DNA of 59,439 nt from a virus (taxonomy: Duplodnaviria; Caudoviricetes), in IMG/VR virus record IMGVR_UViG_3300043037_000042, positions 1 through 59,439 of that record. The stretch is one strand, 5' to 3'. The notes below the pieces were generated by a model. The model saw only the letters and a program-made list of their open reading frames with translations, searched no databases and was not told the DNA's origin. The position numbers were made by a program, and so were the translations under genes. Each line of letters starts with the position of its first letter. Within the stretch, counting starts at the first letter, position 1. Shown piece by piece: positions 17,848 through 27,434 of the stretch.

Positions 17848-18030
17848 ATGAAAGAAGAACTAATACCGCTTACAGAGTATGCTAAAATGCATGGAATAAC
17901 ATCTGTAACAGCTAGACAAAGAGCAGCAAGAGGAAGTTTTAAAACAGCTAGAAAGATGGGTCGAGATTGGTTTATTGATAAAAACGAGCCATATGTCGAT
18001 AATCGTTTCAAAAAGAAAACAGAGGAATAG
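17848..18030 (+). CDS. Small HTH (excisionase/HTH_17-like) DNA-binding protein
   Basis: LTEYAKMHGITSVTARQRA..G...ARKMGRDWFI. Confidence 0.75.
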   Translation: MKEELIPLTEYAKMHGITSVTARQRAARGSFKTARKMGRDWFIDKNEPYVDNRFKKKTEE

Positions 18031-18045
18031 TTCCCCTGTTTTTTT

Positions 18046-19524
18046 GAGAGTGTGAAATAATCTCTGTAAAATAACTTTCTATGATAAATTTCTAAGCACA
18101 TATATAAAATAATAAAGTAACGAATTATCATATATGCTTAGAAACAGTATAATTAAAAGTTTATAGTATGTCAACTAACACCCTACTAAAAGGGTGTTAG
18201 CTTTTTTGAACTAAAATTGCTATCTAAGTCGACCTTCAAACATAATTGAAAGTTCACCATAAACCTTGCCCCAATTTCTTAATGGCATAGTCCACTTTTT
18301 AGTAGCTTCAAATGTAGATAAATACAATGCCTTAAGAAGGGAAATATCACTAGGAAACACACTTCTCTGGCGGTTTAATCTACGGTATGTACTGTTTAAA
18401 CTTTCGATAGCATTTGTGGTATATATTACTTTTCTTACTTCAGCTGAATACTTGAAAATTGGGCTTATTACATCCCAGTTAGCTTCCCAACTTTTCATTG
18501 CATTAGGATAATGAGCATTCCAGGTTTCTGTAACCTCAAGCATACGCTCATAACCATTAACTTCGCTAGGAGCCTGATAGATGGTTTTTAGATCTGCAGC
18601 AAATTTCTTTTTATCTTTATCAGCAACATATTTCAATGTATTTCTAACTTGATGCACTATGCAACGTTGATATTCTGTATTAGGAAATGCTGCATTTACG
18701 GCTTCTTTCATTCCTGTCAAACCATCAGCGCATAGAATCAGAATATCCTTTACACCTCTGTTTTTTAGTTCGTTGAGAGTGCTTAACCAGAACTTGCTGC
18801 TTTCATTTTCGCCAATTTGAATACTTAACACTTCTTTATGTCCTTCATCATTAATTCCCAATACTACATAAGCTGCAAGCTTTTGAATTACATTGTTGTT
18901 ACGTACCGAAAAATGAACAGCATCTACAAATACTATTGGATAGACTTTTGAAAGAGGGCGATGTTGCCAGTCCTCTATCTCAGGAAGAAGTTTATCTGTA
19001 ATATCTGATATTAATCCTTCGCTTACTTCGAAGCCATAAATATCTTCAATTTGCTCTGAAATTTGACGTGTTGATAGTCCTTTAGCATACATTGATATTA
19101 TCTTATCTTCAATATGAGAAATGTCCTTCTGACGTTTTTTTACGATCTGTGGTTCAAAAGAAGATTCCCTGTCTTGAGGGACTTCAATATCAAACTCACC
19201 ATACTTACTTCTAACAGATTTTGACTTTAGCCCGTTGCGTGCATTGCTGTTGACTGAGCGTTCATATGCCTCATAACCTAAATGGTTGTCCATTTCTGCC
19301 TCAAGCATACTTTCGATTGTTCCGCCCAAAAGATCTTTTAATGCATCTTGGATATCATCTGCTGTCTTAATGTCATATTCATTAATTAATGACGCGATGA
19401 TATTTTGTTTTCCTTCTGATAATCTTGTCCTTCTCTTTGCCATAAAAAAAGCCTCCTATAATTTTTATTTTATCATAGAAAGCTATTTTTTAAAATTAAT
19501 TTACAGACTTTTCTTCACAGGCTC
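18046..19524 (-). mobile_element. IS256-family insertion sequence (1479 bp)
   Basis: Imperfect terminal IRs GAGAGTGTGAAATAATCTCTGTAAA / GAGCCTGTGAAGAAAAGTCTGTAAA; 8-bp target duplication GTTTTTTT at 18038-18045 and 19525-19532. Confidence 0.93.
18220..19443 (-). CDS. IS256 (Mutator-like) DDE transposase
   Basis: VFVDA, CADGL, QRCIVH and YTTNAIESLN motifs. Confidence 0.96.
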   Translation of the reverse strand: MAKRRTRLSEGKQNIIASLINEYDIKTADDIQDALKDLLGGTIESMLEAEMDNHLGYEAYERSVNSNARNGLKSKSVRSKYGEFDIEVPQDRESSFEPQIVKKRQKDISHIEDKIISMYAKGLSTRQISEQIEDIYGFEVSEGLISDITDKLLPEIEDWQHRPLSKVYPIVFVDAVHFSVRNNNVIQKLAAYVVLGINDEGHKEVLSIQIGENESSKFWLSTLNELKNRGVKDILILCADGLTGMKEAVNAAFPNTEYQRCIVHQVRNTLKYVADKDKKKFAADLKTIYQAPSEVNGYERMLEVTETWNAHYPNAMKSWEANWDVISPIFKYSAEVRKVIYTTNAIESLNSTYRRLNRQRSVFPSDISLLKALYLSTFEATKKWTMPLRNWGKVYGELSIMFEGRLR

Positions 19525-19530
19525 GTTTTT

Positions 19531-19998
19531 TTATTTTAACATCTTATTTATTTCTTTAAACATATTAGATTGCTGTACATACCAAGCTTTTAAGCCTCGC
19601 CATGTATGCGGATTCTCTTTTTTATCAATCTCCATTATCTTGTCCCAACTAAGATTTTGGAAATATTTCTTTTCTGCAATTTCTCTATGTACAGGTTTTA
19701 AGTTGTCAATAATCCTTTCGATTTCTCGTTTTTCTTCGTAGTAATTTTGTATTCTGTTGTTTAAATATTCCACCTGGTCCGCGAATGTTTCTTTTAACTT
19801 TTCTATCCTAGCTGCTGAATTAAATGTCTTGTCTGATATCCCTGTCCCATGTGGCATATCGCTTATTGCAGAGATTCCAACATCATAATTTACGCTTATT
19901 TTGTCTCGTACTTCTTGCAGTTCCTTTTCGCAGTCAGCAATCCATCTATCAATGTTTTTGTAGTTATAGAGCATTTTTTTTATATCTTCGGTAGTCAA
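19531..19998 (-). CDS. ArpU/RinA-like late transcriptional activator
   Basis: ISDMPHG, LKPVHREIAEKKYFQNLSW; last gene of the early/middle operon. Confidence 0.7.
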   Translation of the reverse strand: MTTEDIKKMLYNYKNIDRWIADCEKELQEVRDKISVNYDVGISAISDMPHGTGISDKTFNSAARIEKLKETFADQVEYLNNRIQNYYEEKREIERIIDNLKPVHREIAEKKYFQNLSWDKIMEIDKKENPHTWRGLKAWYVQQSNMFKEINKMLK

Positions 19999-20001
19999 TC
20001 T

Positions 20002-20202
20002 TTACACCTCCACTATTAACCCTGGATTCCTCAAATAATCATTCTTGTCGATAGTCTCTTTTCTTACATTCCCTTTATCGTTCACATACTCAAAAGTGCA
20101 AAAGTGTTCATTTTCAAATATTTTCTTAGCCTTGTACTCTTTTTTAATTAATCTTTCATCAAGAGTTTGTATGAGTATTTTGATTTTGTATAGCTTATCC
20201 AT
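20002..20202 (-). CDS. Hypothetical protein
   Basis: AAGGAG RBS; operon context. Confidence 0.55.
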   Translation of the reverse strand: MDKLYKIKILIQTLDERLIKKEYKAKKIFENEHFCTFEYVNDKGNVRKETIDKNDYLRNPGLIVEV

Positions 20203-20778
20203 CTAATCAGCTCCTTTAATACCCAACAAAGCCTTTATATGCTCGATATACATCAAGCCGTCTATCATTTCTTCCTGTAAGTATTCTAGCCTTGTTTTCA
20301 TATCCATTTTGAGATTATCTTCTAGTACTTGTCCGTAATGCTTTATGCCTTTATCTGTTTGCCTTTGTTGCATCTTACATATATTATCCCAATAGGAGTG
20401 TTTCGACTGACCGATAAGGCTTTTATATTCTTTGTTTATCAAAATAGATTTAGTAACACTGTTTTCATCTATTTTAGATGTGTCTGCTGTTTCTAATGGC
20501 CCCCAGTATGTAGGCTCTATTAACCCTATTCCACTTAAACAATTACCGCATGCACTAGAACCTTTATTCACGCAATTATCACAAGTTTTATTTTCTTCTT
20601 CCACTAATTCAAATTTAGAAGTGAATCCATCGCACAAATCATCAATGTTGCTATATTCATTCCTACAAAGTTCACCATCATCATCTTCAAATTTCCCATT
20701 TACAACATCATAAATCTTACCTTTCGTATGAAATTTTCCTTTGTCGTCAATACATCTTACCTTGGCATTCCAACCCAT
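20203..20778 (-). CDS. Hypothetical protein (Cys cluster; C-terminal helical domain KGIKHYG..LQEEMIDGLMY)
   Basis: Operon context and motif appearance. Confidence 0.55.
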   Translation of the reverse strand: MGWNAKVRCIDDKGKFHTKGKIYDVVNGKFEDDDGELCRNEYSNIDDLCDGFTSKFELVEEENKTCDNCVNKGSSACGNCLSGIGLIEPTYWGPLETADTSKIDENSVTKSILINKEYKSLIGQSKHSYWDNICKMQQRQTDKGIKHYGQVLEDNLKMDMKTRLEYLQEEMIDGLMYIEHIKALLGIKGAD

Positions 20779-21062
20779 TATATCGCCCCTTCGTAGTATA
20801 TTTTCTTACCATTTTTCAATCCATGTTGTCGCTCAATCTTCGCCCCTTTGCTATCTTCCCAATCTTTTAGCATGTAGAGTGCATCTGCTACATCGACCAT
20901 TGCTAAATCAATATGCATGTGCTGTTCATAACTCAATCCCGCTTTTATCCAGCAAGGATTTAATGCTATATGTCCCATGGCAGTTAGCTTGTCCTCTGCT
21001 TTTTTAAATTTCTCCATGTAATTAAAATCATTTGATATTCCACCACTTATATAGACCTTCAT
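20778..21062 (-). CDS. DUF4406 / nucleoside deoxyribosyltransferase-like protein
   Basis: KVYISGGIS, LNP, ADALYMLKDWEDSKGAKIE. Confidence 0.8.
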   Translation of the reverse strand: MKVYISGGISNDFNYMEKFKKAEDKLTAMGHIALNPCWIKAGLSYEQHMHIDLAMVDVADALYMLKDWEDSKGAKIERQHGLKNGKKIYYEGAI

Positions 21063-21276
21063 TATTTTTTCTCCATATTTTTAATTTTTAACTATCTCTA
21101 AAACACATCTATACTCTATGCCATCATTATCCGCATGCATATCTATGCTTATATTTTTAAGTATCTCATTCGCCAAAGACCTTGCTAAATACTTTTTAGC
21201 TAATTCTTTTCTGTTGTCCGATGGTATACGCTGTATATCTAAATTATTAAATTTGTAACTTACTCCTATTTTCATT

Positions 21277-21465
21277 TTAGACCTCCACATCTTTAATCTT
21301 AACTATCCTCACGCTACTCTTAGCCTTCAAATCCTTTAACTCTACTAAATGTTGCCACTCTCTGCCATTTAACCGCAGTATGTAAGCTGTAATTTTATAA
21401 TTGGTATTATCATACTTTACGATTGTTTTGCTCGTTATTGCCTGTTTTACGTCTTTTAGTTCCAT
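21277..21465 (-). CDS. Hypothetical protein
   Basis: Operon context; AGGAAG RBS. Confidence 0.5.
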   Translation of the reverse strand: MELKDVKQAITSKTIVKYDNTNYKITAYILRLNGREWQHLVELKDLKAKSSVRIVKIKDVEV

Positions 21466-21571
21466 TGGCTACTTCCTGTTCAAGGTGTGCTTTTCTCTAA
21501 AATCCATAATTCGGTTACCTATTTTACAAGTCGGAAGTAAATAGCTATATAATTGTATTTTGCATAATATT

Positions 21572-21934
21572 TTATCTATCATTTTCAACCTCCCATATTT
21601 CAATAATAATGTTTTTGCCCTCATGAAATTTCTGTCTAACTTCCGTTACATATTTTCGTTTATCGTCCTCTATTAAGTAACCTTTTAATCCATCTACAAG
21701 CATCTTTGTTATATATCCATGATTGTCACAATCTAATTTATCATTGTAGCTAATACTTATTATTACAGGGCGTTTAAATAGCTTTTTAGGCACATGTTGT
21801 GCTATCATGGAGTAATACATCAATTCGTGTATTTCTTTAGCTTGTTTCTGCCTTTTAGTCCAATGTATGCCCGAATATATTTTGTTCATGCCATATTGTC
21901 CATCAACTTTTAGTGGTATTTCTATTTTAATCAT
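21572..21934 (-). CDS. RusA-like Holliday junction resolvase
   Basis: DCDNHGYITKMLVDGL...IEDDK (DxDN..K..D.L...DD). Confidence 0.75.
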   Translation of the reverse strand: MIKIEIPLKVDGQYGMNKIYSGIHWTKRQKQAKEIHELMYYSMIAQHVPKKLFKRPVIISISYNDKLDCDNHGYITKMLVDGLKGYLIEDDKRKYVTEVRQKFHEGKNIIIEIWEVENDR

Positions 21935-22216
21935 TTAATCACCTTCCAAAATTTCATTTATCACACATACTGGCAATATTACATGACATTCAATTATTAA
22001 TTCTTTTGATAGTTCTTCGGCTGTAAAAACATTACCAAGACCTTTAATACCCTGTTTTACTGCTGTTACAGTTAAACAATCGTCCATGTAAGCCTTTACT
22101 GTAAAATCAATATATTCTTCTAGAAATGGTCTTAGCCTTTCTCTTATTTCTCTTGTGAAAGTGTACATTATTCCTCCTTTGGAAGTCACCTTTCGGCAAC
22201 TTCCTTTGTTATCTTA

Positions 22217-22600
22217 TCAATCCATCAAGTCAAAATGAATTACATCATATCCTTTATTTTTCAATACTTCTGCAAATTTATCTCTAACTCTAGTTCTGTC
22301 ATTTCCTTGATTGCCACCGCTTGTATTAAGCATATAACCCATGCCTATCCACGCTCTTTTACCTTTGCAATATAAACCAGCGTTTTTTATTGATTCAAGA
22401 ACTTTTTCTTCTCTCCAACCCTTTAATCTTAAAAATGTTGCATCAAGATTGCATGTTCCTCCATCATTGCCCGTTTGAGCTTTTAAAGCTTCTTGATATG
22501 CTTCTTTTAAATCTATTGTTAATTGTTCGTATTTGTCCATAATTTCCTCCCTAACAAGCTTCTGCAAGCCATGTATAATTTTTGTTTCGTTCTTCGTCAT
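22217..22600 (-). CDS. Hypothetical protein (DGGTCNLD motif)
   Basis: Operon context; start uncertain. Confidence 0.5.
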   Translation of the reverse strand: MTKNETKIIHGLQKLVREEIMDKYEQLTIDLKEAYQEALKAQTGNDGGTCNLDATFLRLKGWREEKVLESIKNAGLYCKGKRAWIGMGYMLNTSGGNQGNDRTRVRDKFAEVLKNKGYDVIHFDLMD

Positions 22601-22619
22601 CTTTGTCCATATTTCCCTC

Positions 22620-23033
22620 CTAAAATGGCACATCATTCATATTATCTACTGGCTGAAATATATCCTCTTCCCCTAGGAAATCATCAAAGCTGTTAGTCTG
22701 TGGTTTAGCTTGTCCATCTGATTTCTTGTCTAAAAATTCAATTTGATTTACAATTAAGTCCGTTGTATAGGCTTTTCCAGAACCGTCCTTTTTATCGTAA
22801 GAGCCTAATTGAATTTTTCCATCTATCAAAACTTTTGAACCCTTTTGTGTATAATTTGCAATAGCTTCTGCTGTTTTTGCAAACGCTGTACAATTAAAAT
22901 AGCTAACTGTTTTCTTGTCTCCCCAACCTTCGTTGTTTGCTATAGTGAACTTTACAACAGCCATTCCTGTCGATGGTACAAATTTTAATTCGCTGTCTTT
23001 AGTGAGATTTCCTGTAACTACAAATTTGTTCAT
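22620..23033 (-). CDS. ssb: Single-stranded DNA-binding protein
   Basis: MNKFVVTGNLTKD, FTIANN, KGSKVLIDG; acidic C-terminus ending DVPF. Confidence 0.95.
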   Translation of the reverse strand: MNKFVVTGNLTKDSELKFVPSTGMAVVKFTIANNEGWGDKKTVSYFNCTAFAKTAEAIANYTQKGSKVLIDGKIQLGSYDKKDGSGKAYTTDLIVNQIEFLDKKSDGQAKPQTNSFDDFLGEEDIFQPVDNMNDVPF

Positions 23034-23572
23034 ATCAATTTATTCTCCTTTAAATTGTATTTTTGTATATAATTTCTTACTGTTTTTATTGAACAATTTA
23101 GTATTTTAGATATATCTTTTATAGGTAGTTTTTTGCAATTATATAAAAGATTTAATTTTTGCTTGTCAAGATTTAATATCACAGGATTTAATCCAGTATC
23201 ATAAGCGTGTCTAATGTTTTCGCTGAATGTACACCATTCAAGGTTTTCAACTTTGTTGTTTGACTTATTTCCATCTCTATGATTGACAAAATCTTTTCCT
23301 TTGATACCATTTATAAAAGTTTCAGCGACTATTCTGTGTACTCGATATGTTGTTTTTATGCCATTTTTATATAATTTAACACAATGATATCCGTCACTGT
23401 TTGTAGTAGTCTTTAAAATTCGTTCTTTAATAATTCCTTTCTTGCCATTACCTTCTCGTTTTCTTGACAAGCTTTTGACTTTGCCTAAATTGCTAATTTG
23501 ATAATAACCTTCATATCCTTCTATTGCTTTCCATTCTTCAATCGTAATATCATTCCTCCTTATAATTAACAT
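23030..23572 (-). CDS. NUMOD4-HNH homing endonuclease
   Basis: EEWKAIEGYEGYYQISNLGKVKS (NUMOD4); VHRIVA..VNHRDGNKSNNKVENLEW (HNH). Confidence 0.9.
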   Translation of the reverse strand: MLIIRRNDITIEEWKAIEGYEGYYQISNLGKVKSLSRKREGNGKKGIIKERILKTTTNSDGYHCVKLYKNGIKTTYRVHRIVAETFINGIKGKDFVNHRDGNKSNNKVENLEWCTFSENIRHAYDTGLNPVILNLDKQKLNLLYNCKKLPIKDISKILNCSIKTVRNYIQKYNLKENKLI

Positions 23573-23793
23573 CTATCAGCTTTTATGCCTATAAATTTTA
23601 AAATCTCAACTATAAACCCTTCGCCCCATGCACTGAATCTATAATATTCACCGTCAAAAGCGTACCATTCCTCTGTATCTTCCTCAAACGGATTAATTTC
23701 ACTAACCGAAACAACATCATTATCAACCGATATTTCATATTTTTTAGGTTCTTGTTTACATTTTTCTAACCAAAATTTATCTTGTTCGTTCAT
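23566..23793 (-). CDS. Hypothetical protein
   Basis: Operon context. Confidence 0.5.
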   Translation of the reverse strand: MNEQDKFWLEKCKQEPKKYEISVDNDVVSVSEINPFEEDTEEWYAFDGEYYRFSAWGEGFIVEILKFIGIKADRC

Positions 23794-23797
23794 TCAT

Positions 23798-24250
23798 TTA
23801 CTCCCTCCCTGTACTTCCAAAACCGCCTGTACCTCTGCTAGTTTCGTCTAATTCTTCTACTTCTTCCCATTCTGCTTGATATACGTCAACTATTATTCCT
23901 TGTGCTATCCTATCGCCATGTTTCACCTCAAAAGGTTCCTTGCCATGATTAGTTAAGCATATCTTTATTTCACCTCTATAATCAGAATCTATAGTGCCTA
24001 TGCCATGTGTTACACTTATACCATGTTTAAATGCGTTTCCGCTTCTTCCTGGTATTAATAGCGCCTTGCCTTTTGGTAGTTGTATGTATAATCCTGTGTC
24101 AATATTGCATTGTTGACCTGGTGCAATCTTAATATATCTACAACTTTTGATATCGTAAGGCAATACTGCTCTTATATCAAATGCTGCTGCCCCTTCTGTT
24201 TCATACTTTGGCAATGGAAATCCACTTTTATTTATTATTTTTACTTTCAT
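23798..24250 (-). CDS. dut: Trimeric dUTPase
   Basis: AAAFD, RSG, GTIDSDYRGEI, DRIAQ, RGTGGFGSTG. Confidence 0.96.
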   Translation of the reverse strand: MKVKIINKSGFPLPKYETEGAAAFDIRAVLPYDIKSCRYIKIAPGQQCNIDTGLYIQLPKGKALLIPGRSGNAFKHGISVTHGIGTIDSDYRGEIKICLTNHGKEPFEVKHGDRIAQGIIVDVYQAEWEEVEELDETSRGTGGFGSTGRE

Positions 24251-24547
24251 TTATTTCTCTACCTCCGTTATCTCAATTCCCATAATTTCACCCAAAACCT
24301 CTAATCCCTCACTTGTAACACAATACAGTTTAGGATTCTCTCCAAACCCTTGTTGAAAGTTTGTCTTTCTTGCCAATCCTTGTTCAACTAAGTTGTCCCA
24401 TTCTTTATCATCACCAGATGTTGTAAAATAGTTTCTCCACGCTTTATATTTTCTGTGCTTAGTTCCTGTTACCCTTCTATTTTCAAGACCTATGCAGTGT
24501 TTTATAAGTCTAATTTGACTTGTTGTTATTGTGTAATTTTTGTTCAT
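24251..24547 (-). CDS. Hypothetical protein
   Basis: Likely start MNKNYT after AGGAGG RBS. Confidence 0.55.
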   Translation of the reverse strand: MNKNYTITTSQIRLIKHCIGLENRRVTGTKHRKYKAWRNYFTTSGDDKEWDNLVEQGLARKTNFQQGFGENPKLYCVTSEGLEVLGEIMGIEITEVEK

Positions 24548-24951
24548 TCGATTTCCTCCTTGTAAGATTTTGGTTTTTCTTGCCATGCTATAACATTGCA
24601 TTTGCTTTCTTTGAATGTAATGGATTTTTTATTAAATTTATATTTTCCCCAACCTAAACACATATCATAATTCATGATAAAAATATCTTTGCCATCGCTT
24701 ACAATATATGTATCGTCGTAACTCGGTAATCTCTCTTTACAAGATATCCAACCACCATTTAATTGTTTTTCGAGAGTTTCTATTGCTAAATCAAATATTT
24801 CTTTAAATTCCAATCCACTTTGTTTTAATTCTTCAAAATTACAACCAACAATTCCTAAATCTATTGCTTTTTTAATTTCTTCATCTTCTAAGCTTTTATC
24901 TAATGTAACTATTGATTGCTTTAATTTTTCTATCGCTTTTTCAATCTCCAT
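24544..24951 (-). CDS. DUF551-domain protein
   Basis: GWISCKERLP ... VIAWQEKP. Confidence 0.7.
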   Translation of the reverse strand: MEIEKAIEKLKQSIVTLDKSLEDEEIKKAIDLGIVGCNFEELKQSGLEFKEIFDLAIETLEKQLNGGWISCKERLPSYDDTYIVSDGKDIFIMNYDMCLGWGKYKFNKKSITFKESKCNVIAWQEKPKSYKEEIE

Positions 24952-25059
24952 CTTTCCCCAACCTTTCATTTTTATATTCTTCAAGTCCAACAATAATGAC
25001 AATACTCATTCCAGTAGCTCCAAAGATTGAGCCTAGTATAAAAGTTATGATGTGTGCAA

Positions 25060-25497
25060 TCATTGTTGTTTTCCTAGTGCCTTTTCAGCTTCTTCTCGTG
25101 TTAGAAATAAATCTTCCATTCTGTGGCTTTCACCAGTTTCAAACCAACTACCATTATCTTCATTTTGAAAAGCTAGCATAACCCTAGTTTCATCTTTGTC
25201 TATGCAAAAACCGCTAATTTTACAGATATGTGTTTTATTTTTTATATTTATAAAAACTGTATCTCCAAACTTAAAATGTAATATAATTAACAGTTTTTGC
25301 ATTTCTAAATCTTCATACTCTTTTAATTGTTCTAAGATTGTATCAACTAATTCTTTGTTAAATGGTGATATTTCCTCTGGCTCTAATCCTGTAGATTTAT
25401 AATCTGCCAATTTATTCAAAGCATCTGATAAATTAAAATGATGTTCTCTTAATGTTTCTATGGCTCTATCTGTTTTGTTATTAGTTAATTGTTCCAT
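25060..25497 (-). CDS. Hypothetical phage protein
   Basis: LADYKSTGLEPEEI and FLTREEAEKAL segments common in Firmicute phages. Confidence 0.6.
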   Translation of the reverse strand: MEQLTNNKTDRAIETLREHHFNLSDALNKLADYKSTGLEPEEISPFNKELVDTILEQLKEYEDLEMQKLLIILHFKFGDTVFINIKNKTHICKISGFCIDKDETRVMLAFQNEDNGSWFETGESHRMEDLFLTREEAEKALGKQQ

Positions 25498-25508
25498 CTT
25501 CTACCTCC

Positions 25509-26261
25509 CTAATTCACGTTATAAATAGTTGTTTGAACATTCTTAGCTAACTTATTATTAAAATCACTAACAAATTGCTTTACAATTTCAAACCCGTATG
25601 ATTTCCTCCCCAACTGTTCGGCAGCTAACAAAGTTGTTCCGCTCCCTGCACATGGGTCAATTACCACGTCGTTAACATCTGTAAATATGCTTATTAATTT
25701 TTTTAGCACTGGTAATGGTTTTTGGTTAGGATGTATTTTCGGAACCGAATTATCTTTTTCCCAATGCATCCAATTAAAAATCATTTTTCCGTCATTATTA
25801 AATTTTGGTAGCTTGTCTCTATATAAAACAACTGCATGCTCTGTCGCTCCGACTATTTTCATATTTGCTTTTAGCACTTGTGGGCTATAATTTTTAATAA
25901 AGAACATTGGAAACCCATGATTAAAACCATATCTTTTGCCTGTATCAATCAGCATTTGCATTTGGTCGAATGCACAAAATATTATCATTGCTGGTGCTTT
26001 GTTTACTTCTTTAGGTTCTTTTATAAGTAACTTGCTACAAAAATGCATATACTCTACTAGGTTAAAGTTTGAATCACTGTTGAAAAATTGCTTGCCTGCT
26101 TTCTTGCTTTCACCTTTTTTGTTATCACCGTCAATATACCATTCCGTTGAACTGCCATAAGCATTTTTGCCAATGCAATATGGTATATCTGCTATCACTA
26201 ATTGCGCTTTTGGTATTCCATATTTTTTATAATTTTGGAAATTATCATGATATAGCTTCAT
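25509..26261 (-). CDS. DNA N6-adenine/N4-cytosine methyltransferase (beta class), orphan
   Basis: DIPY catalytic motif precedes HPNQKP and DPCAGSGTT SAM-binding motif. Confidence 0.9.
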   Translation of the reverse strand: MKLYHDNFQNYKKYGIPKAQLVIADIPYCIGKNAYGSSTEWYIDGDNKKGESKKAGKQFFNSDSNFNLVEYMHFCSKLLIKEPKEVNKAPAMIIFCAFDQMQMLIDTGKRYGFNHGFPMFFIKNYSPQVLKANMKIVGATEHAVVLYRDKLPKFNNDGKMIFNWMHWEKDNSVPKIHPNQKPLPVLKKLISIFTDVNDVVIDPCAGSGTTLLAAEQLGRKSYGFEIVKQFVSDFNNKLAKNVQTTIYNVN

Positions 26262-26265
26262 ATTG

Positions 26266-26514
26266 TCATCTCTCTTTCTTAAACTGTTCTCTAAGCTCTA
26301 ACATTTTCTTTCCCATTTTTGCATCTTCTTTATTTTCTATTTCTTCAATCAAATTAACATTTCTCATGTTCAAAAGATGTTGACTTCCATCACTCGTAGT
26401 TATCAATGCTGTGTCTTGTTCTTGCCTAATTTGACTAACATTCTTAAAATTCCTTGATGTTGATATAGAATTGAACCAGACTTTTATAATTGCGTTGTTA
26501 AATTCTGCTATCAT
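26266..26514 (-). CDS. Hypothetical protein
   Basis: GGAGG RBS. Confidence 0.55.
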   Translation of the reverse strand: MIAEFNNAIIKVWFNSISTSRNFKNVSQIRQEQDTALITTSDGSQHLLNMRNVNLIEEIENKEDAKMGKKMLELREQFKKER

Positions 26515-26530
26515 ATAAATTCCTCCACTT

Positions 26531-26890
26531 TTATTTATTTAACCACTTATCCATTTTTTCATATAACTTTTTAGCACACTCTTTGCATAATGACATTCCA
26601 CAGCCGTATTCATCGCAAAAGCTAAATGAAGTTTCTATCCATTCATCAACATATTTTCCGCAAGATGAACATTGTTCTTTACCTTCTAATGGATATTTTT
26701 TCTTTATTTCTTTAATTGGTTTGCACATTTTATAATAAACATGTTCTAATGGTGATTCTTTGCTTAACATTGTTTCTTTGCTACATTTATGCGACCAATA
26801 CGAATTGAACCAACTATCAAATCCGTCTTTAGTATTTTTAATAATAGTTTTGAGCTTTTTATCTTCGTTATTTACTTTCCATTCAAGCAT
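26531..26890 (-). CDS. Hypothetical Cys-rich (zinc-finger-like) protein
   Basis: Start MLEWK after AGGAGG; CSSC ... CKEC. Confidence 0.55.
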   Translation of the reverse strand: MLEWKVNNEDKKLKTIIKNTKDGFDSWFNSYWSHKCSKETMLSKESPLEHVYYKMCKPIKEIKKKYPLEGKEQCSSCGKYVDEWIETSFSFCDEYGCGMSLCKECAKKLYEKMDKWLNK

Positions 26891-26900
26891 TTTGCACCTC

Positions 26901-27434
26901 CTAATCCAACAAATAAACTTTAGCCATATGCCTACCAATAGACGGTATATCTTCTAAGTTCTTTGTATAAATATCCAACTTGTTACCAATTATTGCACTT
27001 CCGCTATCCTCTACGGTTCGTATACCAATTCCTTCGATAAACACTCTACTTCCTACAGGCAATACCGACCAGTCTGATGCGATAGTATAATCCTCTTTCA
27101 CAGGTTCACCGCTAGCGGTAATACCGTAGTCTTTATCTCCTGGATTCTTGCCTGTGCTTTCAAAATTCGCTGTGTAATATGTAATTTGAAACTCTCCGAT
27201 ATAATTATTTTCAGATAATAAACTCTTAATTTCCCTAGCATCTTCCAAAGCATATTTCAAAGCCATATTTTCGATTTTAAGCTTGTCAAGGTTCGTTGTG
27301 GTGTAAATATACCTTGTCGTGCTTTTTGTTTCTTCTTGACATGTCCCATAAGCTGTGATAACAAATATTGTAAGTATTAAAAGCCACGAAATTATTATTG
27401 TTAGAATTATGTTTCTTTGTCGTTTATTTTTCAT
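26901..27434 (-). CDS. 3D-domain (Asp-Asp-Asp) peptidoglycan hydrolase-like membrane protein
   Basis: N-terminal TM; GITASG, IASD, EDSGSAIIGNKLDIY. Confidence 0.85.
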   Translation of the reverse strand: MKNKRQRNIILTIIISWLLILTIFVITAYGTCQEETKSTTRYIYTTTNLDKLKIENMALKYALEDAREIKSLLSENNYIGEFQITYYTANFESTGKNPGDKDYGITASGEPVKEDYTIASDWSVLPVGSRVFIEGIGIRTVEDSGSAIIGNKLDIYTKNLEDIPSIGRHMAKVYLLD

